DNA of 64,000 nucleotides from Nitrospirota bacterium (lineage in GTDB: Bacteria; Nitrospirota; Thermodesulfovibrionia; Thermodesulfovibrionales; Dissulfurispiraceae), in the NCBI GenBank assembly GCA_040754455.1, contig JBFMCP010000003.1:32001-96000 (forward strand), written 5' to 3'. This document shows, one piece after another, positions 41,173 to 51,703 of the stretch. Both the position numbers and the translations under genes were made by a program. Numbering within the stretch: position 1 is the first letter of the stretch; each line of letters begins with the position of its first letter. Below the pieces are notes generated by a model. The model saw nothing but the letters and a program-made list of their open reading frames with translations, ran no database searches and was not told the DNA's origin.

Positions 41173-41896
41173 TACCAAAGGAGCGTTCGAAAGACCGCCT
41201 CAGGCATGCCTTGAATTCTTCCTGATTAAAACCGGGAATTAATTCTTTGAGACCCACCATAGCGGACGGCCGTGACGCGTAATGCGTGACACGTGATGCG
41301 CTTTCGGAATTTACTTTGCTCCTTACTTTGAATACTGCTTCAAGCTGCTCACAATCTATTGAATAGGGAATCGATCCCTGCTGGAGGAAGCCGTCCTGCC
41401 ACCGTTTCTGTGCCGAGCCGATGAGTTTTTTCCCTTTCACGCTGATCTCGCCGAATGAGGTTGACTGGAAGCAGAGCGGACTGCGTGTCGGATTCCTCCC
41501 CGGTTCCCGCTCCCTCTTTACTTCCACTTCAAGGCCGAGCATTGAAAGAGCTGATGAAAACGCCTTGCTGATCTCGCGATAGGTATCGAGCAGCCCTCTC
41601 GAGAAGGGATACTCGTTTTTCGCCGAAAAGCTATAGGTGAGCTCATCGCCATGGAGAATCCCCCTGCCGCCGGTAGGCCTTCTCACAATCGGAATTCGGC
41701 AGAGGGTGCAATAGGGCACATTGATATCAGTAATCTTTTGAAAGGAGCCGAGGCTTACCGAGGGACGGCACCAGCCGTACAATCTCAAGGTAGGAGGAGC
41801 TTCACCTTTCCGTACCGACAGGGCGATAGCCTCATCGAGCGCCATATTGCAGGCTGCATCACAAGGACCGGAATCGATAAAACGCCAGGTGATCAT
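41024..41896 (-). CDS. lipoate-protein ligase/octanoyltransferase (LplA/LipM family)
   Basis: NMALDEA, LRLYGW, RRPTGGRGILH, KLIGSAQ, QQGSI. Confidence 0.9.
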   Translation of the reverse strand: MITWRFIDSGPCDAACNMALDEAIALSVRKGEAPPTLRLYGWCRPSVSLGSFQKITDINVPYCTLCRIPIVRRPTGGRGILHGDELTYSFSAKNEYPFSRGLLDTYREISKAFSSALSMLGLEVEVKREREPGRNPTRSPLCFQSTSFGEISVKGKKLIGSAQKRWQDGFLQQGSIPYSIDCEQLEAVFKVRSKVNSESASRVTHYASRPSAMVGLKELIPGFNQEEFKACLRRSFERSFGITLADVPLSPQEQALAQGLLLEKYQDRQWTEGASGRAGSCSNTEMPKRA

Positions 41897-41902
41897 ACTG
41901 TT

Positions 41903-41986
41903 GAAATCCGAAATCCTAAATTCGAAATTCTATGGTCATCTGCATTTTCGGTGCGTTTAGGCTTTAGTGCTTGGAATTTCGGGTTT
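41903..41986. repeat. AAATCC-type inverted heptamer element, copy 1
   Basis: GAAATCC GAAATCC TAAATTC GAAATTC ... TTTAGGCTTTAGTGCTTGGAATTTCGGGTTT. Confidence 0.75.
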
Positions 41987-41991
41987 GCCTT

Positions 41992-43179
41992 TTACTCAAA
42001 GTCGGCGTACATCTCACCGAATTTTATGCCGCCGATGACCTTCTGCTGATACTTATCACTAAGGAGCCTTCTGCCCTCTTCAAGCTCATTCGATTTAATG
42101 CCGTTCTCCCGTGCAAGGTAGGTCTCGAGAAATGCCGCAAGGTCATCCGTTGCTTTTACGATCTCACCGTCTCTCGGATTGAATTCATCCCGGTTAAAGT
42201 CTCTGCTTATCTCATCGGAGGTCTTCACAATTCTCTGCCCTTTCATCGTGATGAGGCCTGAAAACTCGTCCTCGGTAAACATCCTCATTTCCGCATGCCA
42301 TTCCTTCGGCAGTAATGCATAGACCTCCCGCTCCATCTGGTCCTTTTCGTACTCCTTGATCAGGACTTCAAGTCCCTCAACCGACCGCTTGACCGGCGAG
42401 ATAATATCACGGGTCAGGACTTCGGGGAGGTCGTGAAAGAGACCGGTAAAATAGTTATTGATGCTCCGCCTGCTGCAGGCATTGAGCTCAAGGGAAAAGA
42501 GATAGGAGAGCACCGCCACAATAAGCATATGCCCGAGCACTGAGGTCCTCGGCACCCGGTGGATATGGCTCCACCGCAGCTGGAAGCGCAGCTGCCCGCA
42601 GAGGTCGACGAAATTCCTGAGCTTTGAATAGAGCGCAAGCTGCTCTATTCCCTTCAGGCCGTAGTGCTTTTCCTGCTGGTTCTGGAGATTCTTTTTTATC
42701 TCCGGGATCTCGTACCCATCGGGATTCGCCCGTTCAATAATATCGAATTCCCATTTCGTGGCATAGAAGTGGGCCGCTCTGAGGATCTGTCTATTTATCG
42801 TATCTTCCCTATCGGAAAAATACTCTCTAAAGCGCCTTGAAAAATCCTCGCCCAGAGAGGAGATAGAAGGGGCCAGACGCTTATAGACCCAGTCGTTCAA
42901 TTGTTTGTACTTATCCCTGTCCTCTTTGATTTTATAGAAGATCTGGGGCTTGAGGTCAGTGATGATGAGCCGCTGGAGAAACTCGAAAATGCCGCCTTCA
43001 ATAACCTCTATCCAGTTGAACCCGGGCTGGTCTTCCTCAAACTTTCCGATGACATAGGCGATGATCATCTTATGGGCCTGCTTGTCCAGCTCCCGCAACT
43101 CAACGGGACGAATCTTGTCGTTCCACCGCTGCATATTGGCAGCATCGAAGATTTTTAAGAGCAACGCCTTTCTGATCAT
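41992..43179 (-). CDS. tandem HD-domain protein (YfbR/5'-deoxynucleotidase-like)
   Basis: MQRWND..ELDKQAHK (degenerate first domain) and LRFQLRW..SVLGH..FHDLPE.LTRDIISPVK (second domain). Confidence 0.85.
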   Translation of the reverse strand: MIRKALLLKIFDAANMQRWNDKIRPVELRELDKQAHKMIIAYVIGKFEEDQPGFNWIEVIEGGIFEFLQRLIITDLKPQIFYKIKEDRDKYKQLNDWVYKRLAPSISSLGEDFSRRFREYFSDREDTINRQILRAAHFYATKWEFDIIERANPDGYEIPEIKKNLQNQQEKHYGLKGIEQLALYSKLRNFVDLCGQLRFQLRWSHIHRVPRTSVLGHMLIVAVLSYLFSLELNACSRRSINNYFTGLFHDLPEVLTRDIISPVKRSVEGLEVLIKEYEKDQMEREVYALLPKEWHAEMRMFTEDEFSGLITMKGQRIVKTSDEISRDFNRDEFNPRDGEIVKATDDLAAFLETYLARENGIKSNELEEGRRLLSDKYQQKVIGGIKFGEMYADFE

Positions 43180-43191
43180 AACAGTAATGAT

Positions 43192-43278
43192 AAACGCCAA
43201 ATCATGAGCACGAAACTCTAAACAAAATTTTGTATTTTGAACATTCGAATTTGTTTAGAATTTCGGATTTAGGATTTT
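43192..43278. repeat. AAATCC-type inverted heptamer element, copy 2
   Basis: TGAGCACGAAACTCTAAACAAA ... TTTGTTTAGAATTTCGGATTTAGGATTT; supplies the cooT stop codon. Confidence 0.8.
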
Positions 43279-43463
43279 TTCCCCTCCAGGATGATTCTGT
43301 GTCGTAAAAGCGATATTTCTTTGATTTGACCTTCAAAGGTCTTCTGTTCACCGAACAGATTCTTGAGGTAAATTTTGTTGCCTTCCGGCACCATTACATC
43401 AACATTCTCCAGATAGAGATCCTCTTTGCCGTCTTTCAGAATATAGGCATTTGCTTCACACAT
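43269..43463 (-). CDS. cooT: CooT family nickel-binding protein
   Basis: MCEANAY (Cys2), LENVD, NLFGEQK, C-terminal H.I.L; 64 aa. Confidence 0.8.
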   Translation of the reverse strand: MCEANAYILKDGKEDLYLENVDVMVPEGNKIYLKNLFGEQKTFEGQIKEISLLRHRIILEGKKS

Positions 43464-43872
43464 CCGAAACCTCCTTGATACGTTCTACTAATTTCTCAAT
43501 GAGATGGGGCAGGGGCTCCCTGGTGGTCCCCAGCACCTCCACATCCTCCTGGATTAAAGGGATAAGGAATTTTTTTGCCGATGACGAGGCAATGGCCTCA
43601 GCCATCCTGGGCGTAAGCTCCCCCAGCATGCCGTTGGCCAGGACAATGCTTAAGGGACCGGTGATAATGTCAACCCTGCCGGTGTTCCACTGTATCGCGT
43701 TTTCGCCGGTCGCACCCTTGTTCGCCCGTGCCTTCATCATCGCTGTCGTTGCAGTAGAGTTGGTTCCGAGGGCAATGATTTCGACCCTGTCCCCCAGCTC
43801 CTCCCTGAGTCTCTTTATAATGAGACTGCCGATTCCGCCCCCCTGCCCGTCTATCACGGCAATTTTTCTCAT
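43456..43872 (-). CDS. DUF3842 family protein
   Basis: VIDGQGGGIG, ALGTNSTATTAMMKA, GATGENA, GELTP. Confidence 0.88.
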   Translation of the reverse strand: MRKIAVIDGQGGGIGSLIIKRLREELGDRVEIIALGTNSTATTAMMKARANKGATGENAIQWNTGRVDIITGPLSIVLANGMLGELTPRMAEAIASSSAKKFLIPLIQEDVEVLGTTREPLPHLIEKLVERIKEVSDV

Positions 43873-43923
43873 AAATTTAAGTATACCTTAAACCTATCAA
43901 CCTGCGGAAGTAGGGGCAGAAGA

Positions 43924-44061
43924 TAGCCATCAGCGCTCAACTGTCGGGTTTCCGACTCTCTGTTGGAGTGACGGAAACAAGCTCAAAACATGGCAGTGCG
44001 GAAGGAAGGGATTTTATTTGATACTTTTTTTGCTGATTGCTGGGGGCTGATGGCTGACCGC
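43924..44061. repeat. TCAGC/GCTGA-type inverted heptamer element
   Basis: TAGCCAT CAGCGCT CAACTGT ... GCTGATT GCTGGGG GCTGATG GCTGACC GC. Confidence 0.65.
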
Positions 44062-44097
44062 CGGCTCCTGTCCGTTGTCCCCGTGGTATAATTGCAG

Positions 44098-45318
44098 ATG
44101 CTCGATATTTTGAAAGTCTCTCTGGTTTTTGCTTCTATCCTCCTGCTCCTCAGATTGAAATTAAACGTCGGCTACGTGCTTATTATCTCTTCGAGCCTCC
44201 TCGCGGCCCTCTATCTCATGCCATTGCCCACTATAGCAGCCACGATCAAAGCAGCCCTCATCGATCCGGTGACCATAAAGCTGTTCCTTGCCCTGACCCT
44301 GATAAAGGTGCTGGAGGTGATTTTAAGAGAGCAGAAGGTTTTGGCACGGATGATGGAGACCTCCCGTACGCTTCTGAAGAAGAAGAGAGCGGTCATCATT
44401 TCAATGCCGCTGCTGATCGGCCTTCTCCCTTCCATGGGAGGCGCTTATTTTTCTGCCCCGATGGTCGATGAATCCTCGAAGGGCCTCCGCATGACTCCTG
44501 AGGAAAAGGGGTTCGTCAACTACTGGTTCCGGCATCCATGGGAATACGTGCTTCCCCTCTACCCCGGAATACTCCTCGCCTCAGCCCTGAGTGGAATAGA
44601 ACTGAGAAGGTTAATTGCGGCAAATGCTGCCTATGCCCTCATGATTTTTATCACCGGCTTCATATTCAGCATGAGAAAGATAGATGGAAAATTTGAAAGG
44701 AGGGAGAAAGTAAAACACTTCACCGGTTCGCCTATTCACCGATTCACCCATTCACCACTCTTGAGCTTCCTGCCCGTCACGCTCATTTTGGTCATGGTGA
44801 TGATCTTCCATATCGAGCTTTACTACGCCCTGGGGGCAACGATCGTCCTTTTATTTGCCTACTACAAACTTCCACCTAAGGAAATGTTCAGGATACTCAG
44901 GGAGGGATTCACGACCGACGTGATCATCCTGATCTTCGGCGCCATGCTTTTCAAGTTCACCATGGAGAATTCAGGAGCAGTGGGGCACCTGAGCCGGTAT
45001 TTTACAGAAACAGGAATACCGCTGCTGCCTGTTCTCTTCGTGCTCCCCTTTATCAGCGGACTCCTCACCGGCCTCACCGTCGGCTTCGTAGGCGGCACCT
45101 TCCCCCTCATCCTCAGCCTCGCCGGAGGCGCCCACCTCAATCAGATCACCTTTGCTTTTGCCTCGGGCTTTGCGGGAGTGCTTCTTTCGCCGGTGCACCT
45201 CTGCCTCGTCCTCACCAGAGAGTACTTCAAGGCAGATATGTGGGGCATCTACAAAAAAACAATCCCCGCCACAGTGATTATCATGGCGGGGGCGTTGGTG
45301 GAATACTTTATTTTATAG
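44098..45318 (+). CDS. DUF401 family membrane protein
   Basis: IGLLPSMGGAYFSAPMV, NYWFRHPWEYVLPLYPG, LSPVHLCLVLT.EYF. Confidence 0.88.
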   Translation: MLDILKVSLVFASILLLLRLKLNVGYVLIISSSLLAALYLMPLPTIAATIKAALIDPVTIKLFLALTLIKVLEVILREQKVLARMMETSRTLLKKKRAVIISMPLLIGLLPSMGGAYFSAPMVDESSKGLRMTPEEKGFVNYWFRHPWEYVLPLYPGILLASALSGIELRRLIAANAAYALMIFITGFIFSMRKIDGKFERREKVKHFTGSPIHRFTHSPLLSFLPVTLILVMVMIFHIELYYALGATIVLLFAYYKLPPKEMFRILREGFTTDVIILIFGAMLFKFTMENSGAVGHLSRYFTETGIPLLPVLFVLPFISGLLTGLTVGFVGGTFPLILSLAGGAHLNQITFAFASGFAGVLLSPVHLCLVLTREYFKADMWGIYKKTIPATVIIMAGALVEYFIL

Positions 45319-45361
45319 TTCCTACTTACAATGCTGATTTTTTTTATTAAAAGTTATAACT

Positions 45362-46636
<1,275 letters not shown>

Positions 46637-46704
46637 TCATTTCATTTTTTTGCGAAAATCCCGAAAAAAACTAAGAATTACTTACTGATATAATAGACCG
46701 GCAT

Positions 46705-48246
46705 ATGATTAATTTCAAGATAACGAACGTCGGCGACGGTTTCCTTACCGTCGGCAAAGCCGATGGTCAGTCCGTACTGCTCAAGCCCGGTGAAACCGTG
46801 CGGGCGGAGGTCCTTGAGATACTGCCTGATGGAGGAGTGATTCTGAAGGTCAAGGGGAACCTGCTGACTGCGCGGACCGAAGTCCCCTTTGAGAAAGGCG
46901 CAACCGCTTTCTTCCGAGTAGCAGATACACAACAACCCGGAAAAGAGCTTAAACTGCAATTCGCAGGGTATGCAGAAATCTCTCCCCAAGACGCCCCCGC
47001 CAGGAGCTTCATGAATACCCCTGAGGGGCAGGCATTAACCAGTCTCATCCATGAATTGTCCTCTGCAATCGCAAAGGATATCGAAAAAGCCCTTACGGGC
47101 GGTACCGGGAGGCAGGGCGCAGAAAATATCTCCGGAAGGCCGCTCTCGAGCAACCTCTCTCCCGACACACTGGAGCGCCTTATCAAAGCACTGCCTGCCG
47201 ACATGACCGTATTGCCCAAAGAGGTAAAATTGCAACTCCAGGAGCTCTTGACCGCAAGTCTTAAAACAACAGGACAGAGTATCCAGACGAGGCTCGATAC
47301 GCTCTTGCATCAGTTGCCCGAGGCGATCAAAAACTCACCCCTCATTACGGTCTTGAAAAATGAGCTGCTCGTCAATATGGAAAAGCTCCTCCCTGCGCCT
47401 TTGAAGACCGCCCTGCTGAATACCGGTGTCGCCTTCGAGGCAAAACTGAAGACAGTCGTGGCAACGCTGCAGCACCGGCAGACAGAAGAGGGCTTCGATC
47501 CAGCAGTAGTCCCCTCCCCGGACACCACCTTCGAGAAGGAGCTGACCTCAGCCCTCATAAAGGAGATCGTGAAACAGGCCAAGGAGTCCGCAGGCGAACT
47601 CCGCCCCGCACTGCCGTCCGACAGTACGGAGAAAGCACCTGCACCAAAGGGCGCCCTGTCTTCCGAATTCTCACCCCTCAAGAACGATCTGAAGGCTGCA
47701 CTCCTTGAATTAAAATATGCGCTGAACGACAAAGAGCTTATCGAAGCCCTCTCTTCAAAAGAAACCGCCCCGGCAAAGGATGCGAAGCAGGAACCCCACC
47801 TGCTGAAAACTGCTCAGGTAACCATAGAAGGACTTCTTAAAGATATCGAGACCTTTCAGGCGCTCTCAAGGACGACTGATTCCTTCTATACCTTTCTCCC
47901 GCTGAACTGGAAAGAGCTGCGGGACGGCGAGATCGCCTTCAAAGGGGGGAAACGTGATACCGGAGACACTGCGACCTTCTCCTGCAGGATTAATCTTGAT
48001 CTCGAGCAGTACGGCACGCTTTCAGTGCTGGTGCTCATGCAGAACAGGGAGTTCTTCGTATCCTTCAAAGCCGATCAGCCGCAGTTGCAGGAGACCCTCT
48101 CTGCCCATCTCGATAGCCTGAAAACGTCATTCAGAGAGAAAGGATTAACGCTCAAGGCGGCAAACATGCTGGACAGGAACGATACCTCTCTGGAACATCT
48201 CGAGAAGCTCGAGTCCTTTGAGCGCATCGTAAGCATCAAGGCATAG
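46705..48246 (+). CDS. FliK-like (flagellar hook-length control) protein
   Basis: C-terminal FTFLPL..CRINLDL..YG.L.V domain; adjacent to a FlhB C-terminal-like gene. Confidence 0.6.
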   Translation: MINFKITNVGDGFLTVGKADGQSVLLKPGETVRAEVLEILPDGGVILKVKGNLLTARTEVPFEKGATAFFRVADTQQPGKELKLQFAGYAEISPQDAPARSFMNTPEGQALTSLIHELSSAIAKDIEKALTGGTGRQGAENISGRPLSSNLSPDTLERLIKALPADMTVLPKEVKLQLQELLTASLKTTGQSIQTRLDTLLHQLPEAIKNSPLITVLKNELLVNMEKLLPAPLKTALLNTGVAFEAKLKTVVATLQHRQTEEGFDPAVVPSPDTTFEKELTSALIKEIVKQAKESAGELRPALPSDSTEKAPAPKGALSSEFSPLKNDLKAALLELKYALNDKELIEALSSKETAPAKDAKQEPHLLKTAQVTIEGLLKDIETFQALSRTTDSFYTFLPLNWKELRDGEIAFKGGKRDTGDTATFSCRINLDLEQYGTLSVLVLMQNREFFVSFKADQPQLQETLSAHLDSLKTSFREKGLTLKAANMLDRNDTSLEHLEKLESFERIVSIKA

Positions 48247-48249
48247 GCC

Positions 48250-48519
48250 ATGTCTGATAAACGTAAGAAAGCGGCAGCACTGCGGTATACCCCTCAAAAG
48301 GATGCGGCGCCGAAGGTGGTGGCCAAAGGCAGCGGCGCCATAGCGGAAAAGATACTGCAGATAGCGAAGGAGCACAATATTCCGCTCAAGGATGATCCCC
48401 AGCTCGTGGAAGTGCTCTCAGCCCTCGACCTCTACCAGGAGATCCCTCCCGAACTCTACCGGGCCGTTGCCGAGATCCTCGCCTTTATCTACAAAACGAC
48501 AAAGAAGGCTCCAAAGTAA
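48250..48519 (+). CDS. FlhB/EscU C-terminal-like export switch protein
   Basis: AAALRY...[14 protein letters not shown]...[18 protein letters not shown]. Confidence 0.9.
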   Translation: MSDKRKKAAALRYTPQKDAAPKVVAKGSGAIAEKILQIAKEHNIPLKDDPQLVEVLSALDLYQEIPPELYRAVAEILAFIYKTTKKAPK

Positions 48520-48642
48520 AATTCGGAACCCTGAGCACGAGATCCTAAACAAATACAAACATCCAAATCCAAAATGACCTCATGTATTTGACTTTTGATT
48601 TTTGAATTCGTTTAGAATTTAGATATTGGGATTTCGAGCTTT
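48517..48642. repeat. AAATCC-type inverted heptamer element, copy 3
   Basis: TGAGCACGAGATCCTAAACAAA ... TTCGTTTAGAATTTAGATATTGGGATTTCG; begins at the stop codon of the upstream gene. Confidence 0.8.
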
Positions 48643-48665
48643 AACCTTCGCACAAGGTCGGCATA

Positions 48666-49307
48666 GTGAATACAAAGAGAGTTCTTCATCGTATATACGA
48701 TAGGCTTTACACCCACTTCGGTCCCCAGCACTGGTGGCCGGGCGACACTCCTTTTGAAATTGCCGTCGGAGCAATCCTCACCCAGAACACGAACTGGTCG
48801 AATGTGGAAAAGGCGATCGGGAACCTGAAGGAAGCACGGGTCCTGTCTGCAAAAGCGCTGTATAACCTTCCGTCGGAAAGGCTCGCTTCCCTGATACGCC
48901 CTGCGGGATACTTTAATATCAAGGCAAAGCGGCTGAAGTCTTTCCTGCACTTCCTCAACAAATATTACCGGGGCAGCATGAAACGCATGGGAAGGAAAGA
49001 TTTGATCACGTTGCGGCAGGAACTTCTGAATGTTAACGGGATCGGACCTGAAACCGCGGACTCCATACTCCTCTACGCTCTCGACAAACCGATTTTTGTC
49101 ATTGATGCCTATACCAGGCGTGTACTCTCGCGTCACAAGGTGATGGACCATGCTGCCTCCTATGATGAATACCAGCAGTTGTTCCATAACACCTTCGCTA
49201 CGGATGTGCAGCTCTTCAATGAGTACCATGCGCTCTTTGTCATGGCGGGGAAAAACTACTGTAAACCAGCGCCCAGGTGCGGGGAGTGCCCCCTGCAGCA
49301 CCTCTAA
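48666..49307 (+). CDS. endonuclease III-related HhH-GPD glycosylase
   Basis: GAILTQNTNW, GIGPETAD, VIDAYTRR, C..PRCGECPL. Confidence 0.92.
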   Translation: MNTKRVLHRIYDRLYTHFGPQHWWPGDTPFEIAVGAILTQNTNWSNVEKAIGNLKEARVLSAKALYNLPSERLASLIRPAGYFNIKAKRLKSFLHFLNKYYRGSMKRMGRKDLITLRQELLNVNGIGPETADSILLYALDKPIFVIDAYTRRVLSRHKVMDHAASYDEYQQLFHNTFATDVQLFNEYHALFVMAGKNYCKPAPRCGECPLQHL

Positions 49308-49396
49308 CAGCGTATGATTATCCTCTTTTATATGGTATTATCCTATTCATTGATCCTCCACGTGCCCCGATATTCCGGAGATATGCTGAAATCACG

Positions 49397-50314
49397 ATGT
49401 CGACAGCGCGACGCATATTCTTCATTATTATTATAATTTCACTATCGATCCCGTTCCGGCAGAGCACTCTGCATGCCGCAGACCACGTCCGCGCACAGGA
49501 AAAGGCACTCCACAAAAAGTATCATGAAATCGAAAAAAGGCTTTCAAAGAATCAATTCGGCATCCCCCTCCATATAGAATCTTATGAGGAAAGCAACGCT
49601 CTCCGCGTCGATATCTACGGCATTTTTGGATATCCTTACGATTATATGAGGAGCACCCTCCAATCTCCAGAAAACTGGTGCGATATCGCCCTGCTCCATC
49701 TCAACGTCAAAGCCTGCACTCATCACACCCTGAACGGCGACACGCTCCTGACTTTTTACAGCGGTCGCAAATTCTATCAGCGTCTTGAAGAAACGTATCA
49801 ACTGAGCTACCGCTATCACCTCTTTGCGGCTCATCCCGAATATCTCAATATCGCCCTTGCTGCAGATGAAGGCCCCCTGCATACCAAAGATCACCGCCTC
49901 AGACTCGAGGCCGTACCGCTCGAAAAAGAAAGCACCTTTGTACATTTCAGCTATGCCTATAGCTATAACTTCCTTGGAGAGATCACCATAAAAGGCTATT
50001 TCGCCACTATCGGCCGTGACAAGGTCGGGTTCAGCATCATCGACACTGACAGTCAGGGCAATCCGGTATATATCGGCGGGGTGCGGGGCGCCATCGAACG
50101 CAATGCCGTCCGTTACTATCTGGCGATTCAGGCGTACCTCGATACCGTGCATCTCCCGGAAGAACAGCGCTTCGAGCGGCGTCTCAGCCGGTGGTACGAT
50201 CTGACGGACCGCTACCGCTTGCAGCTTTTCGAAGTGGAAAAGGAAGAGTATATCAAAAACAAGAAACGTGAGTACCAGAATCAGATAATGCTTCAGAAGA
50301 AGCTGCTCCCTTAA
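49397..50314 (+). CDS. hypothetical exported protein
   Basis: N-terminal hydrophobic signal followed by a 300-aa ORF; family not recognised. Confidence 0.7.
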   Translation: MSTARRIFFIIIIISLSIPFRQSTLHAADHVRAQEKALHKKYHEIEKRLSKNQFGIPLHIESYEESNALRVDIYGIFGYPYDYMRSTLQSPENWCDIALLHLNVKACTHHTLNGDTLLTFYSGRKFYQRLEETYQLSYRYHLFAAHPEYLNIALAADEGPLHTKDHRLRLEAVPLEKESTFVHFSYAYSYNFLGEITIKGYFATIGRDKVGFSIIDTDSQGNPVYIGGVRGAIERNAVRYYLAIQAYLDTVHLPEEQRFERRLSRWYDLTDRYRLQLFEVEKEEYIKNKKREYQNQIMLQKKLLP

Positions 50315-50403
50315 TTTCGTTGCACTACCCACGGGCCGTAGATTGAGCCCCTTTTTTCTGTTACCATACTATTAGGAGCTAGAACTCTCATCGGAGCCGG
50401 CAA

Positions 50404-51456
50404 ATGGATGGTGAAATCAATAGTTCGATCCGGAATACCTTGAGGCTTATCAACGGTTATGGAGTTGAAATCGGTGAAGAGCGTCGTGAGGTAAAGCCTT
50501 CTGAAACAGCCGACGTCGAGCTTCTCGATGCCTATTCACGGGCAGTCATCAAAGTGGTGGACACCGTTGGTCCGGCAGTCGTCGGCATCGCCATCGGCAA
50601 GGACTCGGCACACTATGGCCCCGAGCAGGTCGGTGCAGGGTCAGGGGTCATCATAGCTCCTGACGGCTATATCCTCACGAATGACCATGTCGTGCACAAC
50701 GCAGATGTCGTCCTGGCGGTTCTTGCCGACGGCACACGCCTTGCCACTTCCCTCGTCGGCACCGACCCAGCAACCGATCTCGCGGTGCTCCGCGCCAACA
50801 GCGCTTCCACCCTGCCCTATGCTCCCTTTGGTGATTCCGCACAGCTGCATGCCGGGCAGCTCGTTATCGCCATAGGGAATCCCTTCGGCTTTCAGTCCAC
50901 TGTCTCTACCGGTGTGGTGAGCGCCCTCGGCAGGGCCCTGCGGAGTCAGGAAGGCCGGCTTATCGAAAACATCATCCAGCACACGGCGCCGCTCAATCCC
51001 GGGAATTCCGGCGGCCCGCTCGTCGATTCCCGCGGGAGGATTATCGGCATCAACACCGCCATTATCATGATGGCGCAGGGGATCGGCTTTTCGATTCCTT
51101 CGAATACCGCCAAGTGGGTCGTATCGCAAATCCTCACCTACGGCCGGGTACGCCGCGGCTATCTGGGCATCGCAGGCAGACAGCGGATGCTCGATCCCCG
51201 TCTGGCGCGTTTCCACAATGTCGCCAACGAGCTTGCCGTCGAGGTCATCTCTGTCGATCCCTACGGCCCGGCAGGACAGGCAGGAATGCTGCAGGGCGAC
51301 CTGATTGTCGCAGTCAACAAACATAGGGTGTCCGGCATCGACGATATTCACCGCTACCTCTCCGAATGGCCTATCGGACAGCCTATTGTCCTCACCATCA
51401 TCAGGGGCAGAGAACGCATAGAGCTTGACGTTGTCCCTATTGAAGCAGCCTCGTAA
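50404..51456 (+). CDS. S1C (HtrA/DegS-like) serine protease with one PDZ domain
   Basis: LTNDHVV, TDLAVL, NPGNSGGPL triad; GYLGI PDZ; no evident signal peptide. Confidence 0.92.
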   Translation: MDGEINSSIRNTLRLINGYGVEIGEERREVKPSETADVELLDAYSRAVIKVVDTVGPAVVGIAIGKDSAHYGPEQVGAGSGVIIAPDGYILTNDHVVHNADVVLAVLADGTRLATSLVGTDPATDLAVLRANSASTLPYAPFGDSAQLHAGQLVIAIGNPFGFQSTVSTGVVSALGRALRSQEGRLIENIIQHTAPLNPGNSGGPLVDSRGRIIGINTAIIMMAQGIGFSIPSNTAKWVVSQILTYGRVRRGYLGIAGRQRMLDPRLARFHNVANELAVEVISVDPYGPAGQAGMLQGDLIVAVNKHRVSGIDDIHRYLSEWPIGQPIVLTIIRGRERIELDVVPIEAAS

Positions 51457-51703
51457 CTCTTCAAAGACCCCTGGTCACCAAACACGTTATCAGTATGCCG
51501 TGTAAGCCTTTTGATCGAACGACCTCCCCATCGGGAGTTGCTTGTCTTGACGGTCGCTGAGACACTTCATTCATACCATATAGAGTATACCAACCCTACC
51601 GGGAAGGCCATATTTAGTTTTGCCACCCGGATTAAAGAGATTCTGCCCAGCGACGATATTTAAAGTACTTTAAAAAACAAAAAGTTATATTTACACCAAC
51701 GCA

